From NCBI GenBank assembly GCA_030141605.1, contig JAQGDQ010000164.1, forward strand, positions 1 through 64,000: DNA of 64,000 bases, written 5' to 3'. The notes below the pieces were generated by a model. It did not search any database. It worked only from the letters and a program-made list of their open reading frames with translations, and was not told where the DNA came from. This DNA is from Tubiluchus corallicola (lineage: Eukaryota > Animalia > Priapulida). Positions 38,924 to 52,200 of the stretch are shown here, one piece after another. The translations under genes and the position numbers were made by a program. How positions within the stretch are numbered: position 1 is the stretch's first letter; each line of letters begins with the position of its first letter.

Positions 38924-41900
38924 CTGAAACCAAAAAGAAACACTTGCAGAATAGAATGTCATACTTTCCCATAAAATGTAACTGGTTTACTAAAATTAAT
39001 ACTAGTGTAACCAAATGCAAAGGTTGCAAATTAAATACTGTTCACATAATGCAAGAGGCAAACAGACAATCAGTGTTGTACAACCTATGTTTAATATTGT
39101 TCATTGCTGATTCCAAACATTACAAGTAAGTGAAAAATCAAAACAAGTGGTACAACTTCAGGAAACTTTCAAACAGCTAAATGAAAAAGAATTGAAAAAA
39201 GTGTTTTATAAACAGGATTGTCGCAAGCTATTCTCTTATATTCTGTGACGGATTCTTGAAAGAACAGCTAGCTAATGATTTAAATTTGTTAACAATATAT
39301 ACATGGTTAACTTCAGTCTGGCCGTTCAGTAATAAGTTTTACACTGCTTTCTTTCTATGCCAACCATTACAGGAGGGATTCCTCTTACAATACATGGAAC
39401 ACATTAAAACAAATACAAGAATATAACAAAATTATTAATGAAAAAATCCCACAATTGAAAAACAAGGAAAAGCACGATGTTTCCAGCCATCACAATAGTT
39501 TATCTTCCAGAAAAAAATACTAATTTTTATTTTTAACAAGTTCTTTATCAGATCTTTATCAGATCGACACAAAAAAAATGTCACACTTAAAAAAGGATAC
39601 AATCGCATAGAAAAAAACAGCAAATAAAATCTACAGGGAAAAACAGAGAAATATAAATTCACTGGCGAGGGCCCACAGGTTACTGTCTAGCGAGGGCCCA
39701 CAGGTTATACACAAGAAAAATTTGTCAAACTGGTTGGGTAAGGTAACATTAGCAATTCCATGTTTAGCCTCTTTCTTATCTTTTCACTAGAAGATAAACC
39801 ACAGTTGTGGCATGAAATGGCATTTTTTCTTTGTTTCTTTATTGGAGAATTTTTTCATTAATTGTCACTATTTTCTTGTCATTAAGAATCAAATTTAAGT
39901 TATTAAGCAAAAATAAGTTTCATACTCACTTCTTTTTATGTGGCTTTGCTTTCATGTGTTGAGCAAGTGAGTGTTCATCTTGAAAATATCTACTGCAAAT
40001 ACCAATTATTCAGTCTACATTTGTGTGATTACTAAAATTATTTAGATATTTAAATCAGCAAACAAGTACTAATAAGTATCTAAATTTGTGTTTGCTGAGT
40101 TAAATGTTTTTAATAATGAAGCAATAAGATTAAACTAAAGCTATAACAAAAACACAAGATCAATACTTTACTATGAATGTGCAACAACATCATCTGTATA
40201 GTTTATTCCATTACTTAACAAACAAAGGAAGAACTGATCCTTTATTGACTAATCAAAACAGATTTGCCAGATGCAAACAAAAATTATCTGCATTTACTAC
40301 ATAATAAGTAAGTACAGTAGTCGCTGCTTAATAGACTCAATTTGGGACCGAAGTGTTTTGCTGACCCAATTAACCAATTGAACCTATTAACCCATGGGTG
40401 TAGTATTACTGGTATGTATGAGTCATCAGCTTAATAAGCACTGCAAAGGCTTTTAATAAATTTTAAAAACGAAGTAATGCCTAAATTCCTTTGCGCAGTT
40501 AAAACTTTAAAAATATATTTTGAAATATTAATTCATATAAGTGAATTAGCAATAAATTAAAAAGAATACTTTTCTAAATCACATAAATCGCAAAAATTAC
40601 AAAAAATTCCTTCAAAGTCGGCTGCTTCATTTTGTCACGAAGAAGTTTGCTCATAAAGTTCTCATAATTATGAAAACGTTGAAAATCTGTTACTGTGTGA
40701 TGCACTTATTCATGTAAAACATGAGCTGCAGTTTTTCAAACTTCTTAACTCTATGCTCTTATTTGCTGTATGATGTTTACATGTTTACTCATGTAAGTCA
40801 CAAGGGATACTGGCTGATTACTGTACCTGCATTTTTGATTAAGAATGAAAATGTAATTTGCAACAAGAGCTTCAAAAGGAAACCGCTAGACAAGTGATTA
40901 AGTATTTAGCTTCCAGAAATTCTTGGGTAACAGGTTAACATATTCAAAACAAAACCGCTATGCTACCGTATTATCGCATGATAAACGTACTCGCTTACAA
41001 ACAAAACGGTACTTAACATGATTGTTTCTACATATATAAAGCACAAAAGGGAAGTAAAGATGACATAAAAGTAGGAAAGGCTGTTTGGGCATATACAAAT
41101 ATCTTATTTTAAGTACGTGAAGGAAAAATATTGAGTCAATTAAGTGAAGTTATTTGAGTCAATTACCAATAGCTTTATGTATATTTGAATAGAAGCGTAT
41201 TCAGGCTTATCAGAATATAATTAGTAGGATGACTGTCAGGTTCAACACTTCCTTGATGAGCAGTTTCATTCACAATACTGATTCTTGCTCATCTCGTCAT
41301 GTTATTCAGGCAAGATTCATATATAGCCAAACATAGTTAGAAACCCCTGTCAATTTGAAGTCTCAACTTCAGAATTAACCTTAAGCTATGTTCAGATCCT
41401 GCCAAAAGTATCCATCAAGTAGGCCATGCCAATGAGTGCTAATTTTAGTTTGAAAAGTGCCAAGCTGTATGAAAAAATCAACTGCGCATAATCTCATAAT
41501 ATTAGAAAAATCAAGATTGTTATTAAAGGTGGTATATTGCAGAGCCAGATAAGCAGAAAAAATCTTCCACGGAAATAGACAAAAAGCATTTGCACCATAA
41601 GATAAATAAGTCACAATCTACTTACGCACAAGTTAGGCAATAGTATTGAGCACCTCCAGGCTTGTCTAGGTCTATATCCTGATGAAGAAGTTTCTCTCTG
41701 CTTCCAGGTTTTGCGTCCTCGTGTATCTCATCATCATCCTTCAGCCTGCGTTTTCCCTGAAAATAATACTATTTAATAGTCGTAACTAGTATTAAATATG
41801 GCTTTTGTCTTCTTCCGTAAAAGTACAGACAAAACAAACATCTGTCGCACCACTACCATAGACTCATAGGTACAGGTGAGAGGCGGACAAAATATAATGA

Positions 41901-42042
41901 AGACGAACATTAATTAATAACAAACAATTAGAAACTGAAGCCAATTTGCCTTAACCTTATGCCGGGAGTACGTCTACCTCACCTTCATAGCCTTTTTGCT
42001 GTGGGTGGAGCCTTTCCGTGTGTGCTTTTTATGACGTGCCAT
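38647..42042 (-). CDS. ZNF593: zinc finger protein 593 (Bud20 homologue, 60S biogenesis factor); 4 exons: 42042-41983, 41756-41626, 39992-39930, 38923-38647; 176 aa
   Basis: The spliced translation MARHKKHTRKGSTHSKKAMK|GKRRLKDDDEIHED...DIDLDKPGGAQYYCLTCA|RYFQDEHSLAQHMKAKPHKKK|LKRLQTQPFSQSESNRCAGMGSY matches the ZNF593 signature (D.D.PG.G...CL.C.RYF...L..H...K.HK..LK.L...P.SQ.E....AGMGSY). All introns are GT-AG with consistent phases; AATAAA at ~38463-38458. Confidence 0.93.
39930..39992 (-). CDS. ZNF593: ZNF593 exon 3
   Basis: TTTGCAG acceptor, GTGAGT donor; RYFQDEHSLAQHMKAKPHKK. Confidence 0.9.
40315..41175. mobile_element. degenerate non-autonomous DNA transposon in ZNF593 intron 2 (Tc1/pogo-type TA|CAGT end)
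   Basis: Left end TA|CAGTAGTCGCTGCTTAATAGACTCAA; inverted match TTGAGTCAATTAAG at 41131-41144; right terminus not intact. Confidence 0.3.
41626..41756 (-). CDS. ZNF593: ZNF593 exon 2
   Basis: TTTTCAG acceptor, GTAAGT donor; GKRRLKDDDEIHEDAKPGSREKLLHQDIDLDKPGGAQYYCLTC. Confidence 0.9.
41983..42042 (-). CDS. ZNF593: ZNF593 exon 1 (coding part)
   Basis: ATG at 42042, basic N-terminus MARHKKHTRKGSTHSKKAMK, AAG|GTGAGG donor. Confidence 0.85.
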
Positions 42043-42157
42043 AATCAAAAGCGAATGCTTACTATCTCAATAAATCTTATTCCAAACTCTGGTTGATTAT
42101 TTATTACAATTTCAACATTACACGCATAAAGTCATACACGTGCAGCAGTCTGCACGG

Positions 42158-42165
42158 TATTTATA
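42158..42165 (-). promoter_or_regulatory. candidate TATA box of ZNF593
   Basis: TATAAATA on the minus strand ~116 bp upstream of the ATG, with CAAT-like motifs further upstream. Confidence 0.4.
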
Positions 42166-42949
42166 GGGCACAATGCTGCACATCTGATTGAGCCAACCCG
42201 CCTGGAACATCTGTGATTGAACAGCGGTAAGCCATAGATATGAAAAAACAATCTAAAAACGGAAATCAATAATTATTCATAACTTACACTGTTTTGAAGT
42301 ATGGTAAAAAAATACATTTTTTAACATGTACGTAAACATGTTTTTTAACATTTTAGTAAAACGTACAATGTGAAAATCCTAAAATGTTTCTGATAATTAC
42401 ATATTAGCTTGGAATTTTAATTAATGTCAACCAAGCACAGCTAAACTAAGTGATGACGTCAATCATGTCACAACTGAACATCAGTATTTTATGATGGCAC
42501 AAACATGTAACTGTACAGCGCTGAGAATGACATCAACTTGGCAAATGTTAAAATAAAAAATTTAATTCCTAGCTGCTAAATTTGTTGTTTACAGTGTTTA
42601 AGGTTTAGTTAAGCTTTAACTTAAATATCATTATTTATTAACTTTATTGATTTTCTAGTATACTCTATTCTATTCTAACATGTGATTTTACTTACATGTG
42701 CATGTCACGTCAAAACTGAACTGAGAAATACGGACTGATCTTTGCAGATCGCACTTCTGAGATGCAGGTACTGTCTCCATATAAATGGCGAAATGAATGT
42801 CACTAACGACGTTGTTACTCAAGTTGTTACATTCTATTTTAGCTTTCAATATTTTACAGGTCTATGTTAGACAATTTTGAGCTGTGGTTTTAACACTGGG
42901 TACTGTTTTCCTTAAAAGAAGAATGATGAAGCAAACCTTCAGTTAATTA

Positions 42950-43260
42950 AATTTTGATACTAAGACAGGAGATGTGGAAAAGTCATTTCAACCAAGGACC
43001 TCAGGAATAGCTTACGTCTTGCTGTACGCTCTGCAAACTCATTGAATTTTTTTAAACAACATCCTAAAACACTTTTGTTTACTGTTTAGATTAAACGTTT
43101 TACAGTGAATTAATTTTTTTTAATGTATTAAAAATGAGTGCTTTAATGTATGTTTTTAAATCTTAATGTTGCTTATTAATTTTAAATGTGTTTTATTGTT
43201 CAGCTTGCTGAGATTTTAAATAATGTACGGTGTTTGTACAAATAAACTTTGCATTGCATT
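42950..43260 (+). mobile_element. extreme 3' end of an L2/CR1-group LINE (degenerate)
   Basis: RNSLRLAVRSANSLNFFKQHPKTLLF from 43003 resembles the L2 ORF2 C-terminal motif WNSLP..VR.A.SL..FK..LKT.LF. It is followed by a T-rich UTR, AATAAA and a short (TTGCA)n tail. Confidence 0.5.
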
Positions 43261-45357
43261 ACCTAGCTCCTACTGACCACTTGGAATGAGTTTGACACAG
43301 ATAAAATGGCGCAGGAAAAGCGGCATGGTAAAAGTGGAACAGGACAAAAATAGCACAAATGGAAACGTAGGAATTATTACCAAATAGGTTATTTGGTAAT
43401 AATATTTAAAATGAAACTAGAATGTGCTCGGCAGAAAGCAGATCTCCATAAAGACCGAAAAAATCTGAACATGTTCATCTGATAGGAAAAAACAAAATAA
43501 AAATAAAAATAAACAAGAAAACATGCAAAAAATATATATAAGTATTATACAGATTAGCTAAAATACGCAAAATACTTTGTTCATTTGAAAGAACTGTAAT
43601 CAATAATGCACGAACATCCATACAGTGTTTGTCAACATTTTTTTACTTAACCATTTTGGCGATGCTAGTAGCAAATGCTTTTAAGCAACATTTTTTAACC
43701 GCTGCTGATCAAATCAGCAATAACACAGTAAAGCTAAACATTTATGAAAACTGCAAGGTTACCTTTGATATTACGTATTTCCGATATTAAAACACGTAAT
43801 CATGGCTTTAATTGCCAACTGAACAGCATTTGGTGAGCGCAGCTTCATCGAATAATACACAATACGAGGCTGTGAGACACGCGCGAGACTTCCACGCTAA
43901 AATTTTAAAAGCGCGATAAATTCTCTAATGTTTCAGCAATACTTTTTAGTATTGTTAGTCGTTATTTACGTACATATATATATATATGTCTTAGCAAGAT
44001 TATTATAACACTGTAATTGGAAGCTGAAAGCACTTCCAGGCTAAAAATGACGTCAACGTGACAAAGTAACGAGTTGACAAGCGTATTGATAGCAATAAGA
44101 ATTCTTTCACATATTAACTGGCGGAGATAACAGGTAATAAATGTGAAAGCAAGCAAAGCAAAAGCACAAATATCGTGTGGTTAACGAAGAAAGAAAATTC
44201 GTTCATGGATGTTCCAGGACATGACGGTCGGGACAATATATTGTTTGAAATTTCATTGTTTATTCAGAATAATGACAATCGCTATTGAGCAGTTTTGCAC
44301 TAAGTAAAGCAGTTAGAATATTAAATAAGAGTTTTTAGTCTTAGCGGTGTGTGTGTAACGCTTTTTTTTGTAAATGTGCATTTGGTAATGTTAAATGACT
44401 GTGACTACTGACAAAATAATAATAATAATTATTATTATTATTATTATTACTACTACTATTATTATTAATATTAGAATTCTAATTTAGTAACTGATTTGCT
44501 GACATTAAATCTTGCTATGCAATGTGTAACTCATAACTGTCATATAAAATATCGGCAGAGGAAGTAAAGAACAGAAATTTGTTTGTATGCAGTTTATTGC
44601 CATTTCAAATGAAATTTAACTTTTGCAAAGATATAAAAATAGTTACTTGAATATTAACTATCTCTTGTTTTACATTGTGTTTCAAATAAAAATGCTAACA
44701 CGTGCACACATAACATTTGCAATGTATTTATTAATAGTATTATTAAGTTAATCAATATTTTTATCAAAATAATGTAAAAATAATCACAAGAGTCACAATT
44801 AATCGAAGTTACTCTACCAAGACAGAAGAAATTTAATACTCAAATACATAAACATTAAAATACTTTCTACAAAATAAACACTTTCTTTCTTATCAAAGAA
44901 CCTAAATTAGTAATAAAGCTTCATTCAGATTTGTGATCGTGGACAACACCAGATAATCAGTTTATTACATCATTTGATTAAAGCATAATGAAGAAGTCAG
45001 TCTGCCAGCCAGTCAATAATGAGATTTTGAATAAACCTTAAGATGGCTAGTTCATAAAACTGGTAAGTTCTTGATTGCTTAGACCAATGTATTATACAGT
45101 AATGAACAGTTAGTACTTCTCATTGAACTAGTAAACAAAATAATAATCATGTATTTAATTACAACTGAGACCATACCTCAACATAATGGCTTTTATAAAT
45201 AATGGCTAAATAAATAAAGTGCAATTTATAGACACAATTAAACGATGTTAGGCAATCATATGTAAACATAAACATAAATAAAGTTGGCTTGAAGAAGTCC
45301 TGCTTTAAATAACAATGAAATAATGATGCAATGAAGACAATTTTCCAAACCAACATG

Positions 45358-45577
<220 letters not shown>

Positions 45578-46092
45578 AATGATTCTTGATGAGTTAATGA
45601 GTCTAGAAAAAAAGTTTAGTGAATTGAATCTATCACACAAAAATTTTAATATAATGTAAGCCAGACTAATTGGATTTTCAGTCGTATTGTCCCAATACAT
45701 TTCACTTTTTTAGGACTCACATATAGCTTTAAAACGTTAAGTGAGATGCATAACATCATGTTACAAATTACACGTGTTGTTTTGTTTGTTGTCTTTATTT
45801 TAAATGCAAATATTGTTTTTAAAAATACTAAGGCGGGGTTACTTCAAATGTTTATTATATGAGCTAGAAATACTGATTCAGCAAGTTAATGTTTGTATTC
45901 TTGAACAAGAAACACTACTGCAATAAACAAGTAAATTTTTGGAAACATGATTTAAGAAACAATTTCACATTGCACAATTTGTCATTAACACAATCATGTT
46001 CCTCATTTCCCACAATTCTTGAACCACTGCAACATTGGCCAGCTTTCAGATTCCTGACACATTAAGCTTGGACCAGAACGTCCATGTAGAAT

Positions 46093-46218
46093 TCACTTTG
46101 ACATCAAATCAATATAGCAGCTATCACAAACACGGACGGGTTTTTTGGAAGCGGGAGTTGCAGCTGTCTTTGATGAACAGTCATTACAGTAAATGTTGCC
46201 ACAGTTCCGACAATGATG
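46093..46218 (-). CDS. EEA1: EEA1 terminal exon (FYVE, second half)
   Basis: [41 protein letters not shown]. Confidence 0.93.
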   Translation of the reverse strand, partial: HHCRNCGNIYCNDCSSKTAATPASKKPVRVCDSCYIDLMSK

Positions 46219-49200
46219 CTGCCAAAGTAAAAAATTTAGAAGTTTACACACTTAAGAAATGAATATACAAGTAGGTGAACTAAGTAAAAATTTAAATTAA
46301 ACATTATAATACAATCTTAACTTAACAAACAAGTGCACATGAACAACAAAATTATCTAATATAAATGAACAAAAGTGTGACAGTTTTTTAAAGAACAGCC
46401 TATCTGCAAATTCACAATCTTGTCTTGACTTCATAATATTGAATTTAAATTTCTGAGCCAATATGAACGAACTTAAATTTTTGCAAATGTAAACAAAAAA
46501 GTCCTACCCTAGTTGTGTAGAAATTTATATGCACTAAAGTGTTTCGTGTAGAATTTTCATATACTCTAAATCTGCTTTTACACCTATTCTTATAATGCTG
46601 AAGTGTTGTCCTGAGAAACAGCCAACTTTTCATTTTAAATTTTAATCCAGAGCATCATCAAAACGGGTTAGAAATAAAAAAATGAAGTAGAAAAACTCAG
46701 TTTAGTAAAAGAGAGTTTTGTGCATTATAACTACAACCTAGTAGTTACATGTACATCTCCTTCTTCTCAGAAAACTGACTAAGCTGCCCAATAATTTTTT
46801 CAAATAAATTTCTCAAAAGGAACAACAGGTTCATTTCCGCTGCATAAGAATTTACTTCTAGTCTTTTCTATCAACTTGAAAAAATTTTAGGTGAGAACTC
46901 CTTATAGCAGTGGCAAAGCTACGTGGGGCAGTCTGCCATGGGGGGCACTTTTCAAAGGGCAGCACTTTCATCTAGTGCACTGAAAAGTTGATTCTGTTGG
47001 AATCATAGAAAAGCAAAACACCGACACAATTTAGTTTTGCATAAAAACACCACTGGCAGCACCTTCTGCCAAAACTTTGCAACTAAGGAAGATGATAATT
47101 AGTAACTGAATAAGTGTTTAATGTTTACTTCGTGATGTTTTGCTTTGTTTTCAATTTTTCTGTGCAGTACAGGCCTTGAGTTGACAGTGAAGTATATTTA
47201 GGACTAGTTTCCTTTTAACAATTCTTTAATTTCGCCACATGCAAACAGTCTGCACAGTTAAGAGAAACACTTTTACGTGATAATGCCAACAGTTGCATGA
47301 ATCGAGTAAAACCGGAAAAGTTGAACAAAGTTTTACTTTCTCAATTGGCAATCCTCAATTTTTGCCATTACTATTACTATATCTTTGCACCTATAATATT
47401 TAGGCTCAATTCAGCTAATCCATCTCGGATTAGTTTTTACATACATGTCGCATTGAAAGTCTACGTTTTCATTTAACTCTGAGCTTCAAAACGCAACAAA
47501 ACGACATTTTAAAAAATAGATAATTGCTTGTTTACAGCTGCCAAGTTGATCAATGTTTTGCAAAAATTGCTGTACTTCACACCCAATATATTACTTCTCT
47601 TCTCAGTTATTCTCAATTAAATCATCACTGATTTATGCCATTCCCTTTAATCCCCGATTATAATGTTTTCAGATAATTATAAAGGTGAGAAAACAAGAGG
47701 ACGCCTATTAATCACGAAGCTTCCATTACATTTAAAACCACCTAATAATCATGTTCTTTCCAATGTTAGCATTTGAAGAAGCCTCTGAGCATCGGAGTTT
47801 TTGAAACATTCGGGGAGAATTCATTTTATCAATTTATCGCCAGAACTTATTGCAATTGCAAGGCAACAGCACTCAATTTCACAAATCTAAATCTCCGTAC
47901 ACAGGGATGTTGAAAGATTGCATATTTCACTGAGGGGAGAGGGAGGCAAAATAAATGGCCTCCATAGATGCCACAAGCCTCAGCTACGCAACTGGCTGAC
48001 AGGGGCAAAGTGTCGTGAATTGAAAACTTTAAAAACATCAAATAGACTACCAGCACTTACCTTTCTATTTGTTACAGAAAATGGTTTTCCACATGACATG
48101 CAGTTGTTTACTTCACTGTCATCTGCCCACTTCCGTGATTGTAACTTGTTTGACTCAATCTATGAGAAACCAATTGCTGTTTATTGACTAATACAAGAAT
48201 ATAGTAAGAGTATGTTTTGTCTTTTACTATATGCAGTCTACTGATTGCACTACACAAGAATACGCCACAATAAAATTGTAAAAACTTAAATACACAAATC
48301 TTTGTTGATATAAATTTTTGTTTGAGAGCTGAAGCAGGAGGTAAGAAAAGGTACAGGCATCAATTCTCCCTAAATGAGTTCATACCTAAAGTAAATGTTA
48401 AACTAACCTAGAGTCCAGCTTTAGTTTTAGCTCTGACAGTGCAAATTGAATATTGATAACAAGATACAGTATTTTTACTAAAAATTACTACCATTGATTT
48501 TATAGTAAATACATTTCTTTGAAAGTTGATGTCAAAAGTTCAACAAATAAAAATGCAAGTTTACATGATTAAGTAGAAAACAAAGCAGGAATTCAGAAAA
48601 AAATTAATGGTCAATATATTAAAAATGAAAATTGGTCCTCTGCAGAGATGGGCGATTTTGAAATGTTGCAATTCTATTATAATCTTGTTCTTGTAATTCG
48701 ATCTCACGATTAATCTTTTTTAGCATTTTAGCCTTATTTTTCAAACATTTTCGTATTTGCACACATTTGTCTAGTCAACATTTCATAATAACACATCTGT
48801 TTACACTTGACAATGCCCCGAGTCCCATGTTGTTGTATTAATGACAGTTCTTAAGGTTAATTTTTACGTCATTCATTCATTCATTCATTTATTTCATTTT
48901 ATGTGGACAGTTGCTGCTATTTTGCTAGCTGTTTTGGGCTAGGAATAACATGCTAGTAAACTATATACATATAGCATAATAATAAAAATAACCACGTGTT
49001 TCACCCATTGTACCTACATGTAGTTACGTGCATAAGGTCACGTGACTGTTGTAGTTAAGAAAGACGTGCTGGGTTCACTTAACCTTTGACCTACAGCAAC
49101 TATGCATGCACATAGGAAAGCAGTAGAAAGGCTTATTACATTTTACAAGCTAAGCTGTTAAAATCCAAAGGGATTCTTTGCTCTATTGAAAGTGACACAA

Positions 49201-52200
49201 ATGGTACAAAAGTGAAGATATGAACTTACTTGCAATGTTTGGTTTTCACGACCAAGTTCATGCATGGCTGCTTGAGCCTCCTCCAGTTGCCGTCGCAGTT
49301 TAGCCGTCATTTCTCTTAGCTTCTCTAGATCTCCTTCACTTGCTAGACACCTAAGTGCAAAACATGAAACACCTGTAGTTGTATTAACCAGTGCAGACAT
49401 TCATTGAGAGATACTTTAATGCAGGTGTGCCGGATCCAACAAAAAAAGAGATTAATCAAACATTCTAGTAACCTCTAAAACAAAATGGTAACAAAATGAG
49501 GATGACTCGACTATTTGCAACATGCAATGAAAATGTTTATCAAGATGCTTCATTATGGTGGCTCTGATATTAGAAAGGAGACGCTTGTACTAAACCAGCC
49601 AAGCTATTAGAAAAACCGGTACATCTACAAATATGCAGCAACCAGAATCACACAGACTGCAAACAGTAACTCAATTATTATCTACATCTTCCAGCAACCA
49701 CTTTAGCTTTATATCACAAATATTTGCCTGAACAGCAATATATCCACAAGTAGGTAACTAAACTTTTCTAGTTTCTGAATCTCCATTTTGTGAGGATTGT
49801 TGCAATACCAAATTCATCGCTCCATGTTATTTCTAAGCTCAGATAATTCATATTGAAGTTGAGGTACACTGACAAGTATAATCTTGAGAAAAACGACTGT
49901 TAAAGTTTGCCTTGTTTTTTGTCTTGTTTTTGTAAAAACATTTAGCAATCATGCAAAAGGGTGGTTGTCATGGACTTTGCATGAACACATTGAAGTTAGG
50001 TTTAAATCCACTGCATGGTTCTTCCAGAAATGCATCTGCACTTGGCAATAGCCAAAAAACAAAGCGAAATGAAATGAGTGCTTCCACGAGCTACTATCAG
50101 AATTTAAAAACACAAGTTTTTCACAGTTACAAATACTAATTTTTAGGCAGAGAATTTTACCTGGTAAGGGGTTATAAAATTAAATTTCAAGCATTTAAAA
50201 TATTTATTAGCCTTTATTTAGCTTCACCTTAGAATAAACTGGGATAAAAGTTAAAGTATGATTTTTAGTAGTTCAACACAATTTCTTGTTGATTTACAAT
50301 ATAATTAATTTATCCCTGCGTCAGTTTCTACAGGAAGTCAAATTTAAAACTTCCCATTAATATAGAAACATAACACAGAGATGAAAGAACTATACTACTT
50401 CTGAACAAAAAATTACCTCTCTAAAAGTGCCCGCCGCTCATCCTGAGCATTTGACAACTTTGCCTCCAAATCTATAAACATAATTAACAATTCATTTATT
50501 GCAGCAAATAATGAAAATGATGATAATAATAACAATGATCAAGATGAGAATGACACTTCTCACAGGGTTCCCACAGAATTTTAAAATAAATTTCCCTGAC
50601 TTTTCCCTGACCAAATATTAATTTTCCATGACCACGATAAGCAGAAAATGTGTTAATAGTATACATATTCAAACATTTTTGTGTATGGACAGTTGCAGTA
50701 GTGCTAACAAATTTACACTAATCACATTGAATAAACTTTCTTTATCCAGTCATTATTTTTGGAACAGAAATGGAAAATAGGAACTGTTGCAGGTGCAAAT
50801 GTTTTGGTCCATTACCTCTTCTCAATGTAGTATATGCATTAGAAGCCACAACATATTAGACTGTAGCTCAACCTCTAGACTACTTTTTCTACTCTGACAT
50901 TGTATAGGTGGAACTTGTCATGTACGCACGTCTTTGTTGCATTTTAAAATTGTCTTATAATTATACTGCTATCTTTTACTGACATTCTGGCTTTTTCTCG
51001 ACTCAATATTGGACCAACAATGTATGTAAGCATTTTAGCTTTTTTAGTGTAACGTAGTAATCTGTAGCACTTATTTTCTAGCACTTTCATTTCACTAGAT
51101 TTGTAGATGTAGTAATTACCTCTTCAGTAGACTACAGAAAATTTGTATTTTTGCAGAATAAACTACATAGATATGGGAACGCAACTTTGATTTGAGCGTA
51201 TACATTACAGGAACCTGCCATAGCGAAATTTCATTTGAACACAAATCGCTGAAAAAAATATGTTCAGAAAAATATCAGTTCACGGTGCTTATTTTTGCAA
51301 CTTTTTCCAATTTCCCGGATTTTTTGCCCCATTTTCATCATTTTCCAGGACTTTTTACTAAACTATCTTTTTCTCTGACTTTTCCATGACTTTCCAGGAT
51401 AGCCTGTATTGTCAAGGATTTTCCAGGATTTTGCCTTACCATGGGAGCCCTGTTTATGGCAATGCTGACAAAATAAGGCAAAGTTGGCAGCAAGAGAAGG
51501 ATTTAATAACTGCCCAAATTTGATCAAATTTACTTTTTTACTATTTCTAACTTCCGTTTCTTTACCTAATTTTTCAGCACGAAGCTCATCCTGTATTTTC
51601 TCTTGCTCCTGTAGCCGAGACTGGGATGTAAGAAGATCACTGCGCAAAGTTGCCATGTTGTCTGTAAGTGTGCTCAGCTCCACTTGCTTGCGGGTTTGCG
51701 CTTCATCAATGACGCGTTGCAACCTCCCGCGTTCCTCTACTGCTGTTTCCTATGACAGAAAGATTAAAACAACTACATAAGTATTGTTATATCTTATATG
51801 TTATTTTAAGCATTTTATCAGCTGACAAAACCCAACAATATAGTAACTAAACTTACCAGCTTGGTACTCATTGAAGTATGTTCTTGCTGAAGCCTTTCAC
51901 ACTCTTGCTCCGATGACTGAAGCGCTAATTTTACATTTGATAATTCCTAAACAAAACCAATTTCATCAATATAATAAGCACATAAGTGATTCTTTTTACA
52001 GTTATAAAATTGTTACAATTACTGCTGTAAATGTCAGTCAAACTTCAAGATTCATAAAATATTAAACTGAACAATTCACTACATTTAAACTGAAAAATAA
52101 GATTCAGAATGTGCAATGTTTTCATAAACAAGTACTCTGATACTGTACCTGCTCATGAGATAATTGTGTAGACTTTATTTGCTCTTGCAGCTCTACTTTG

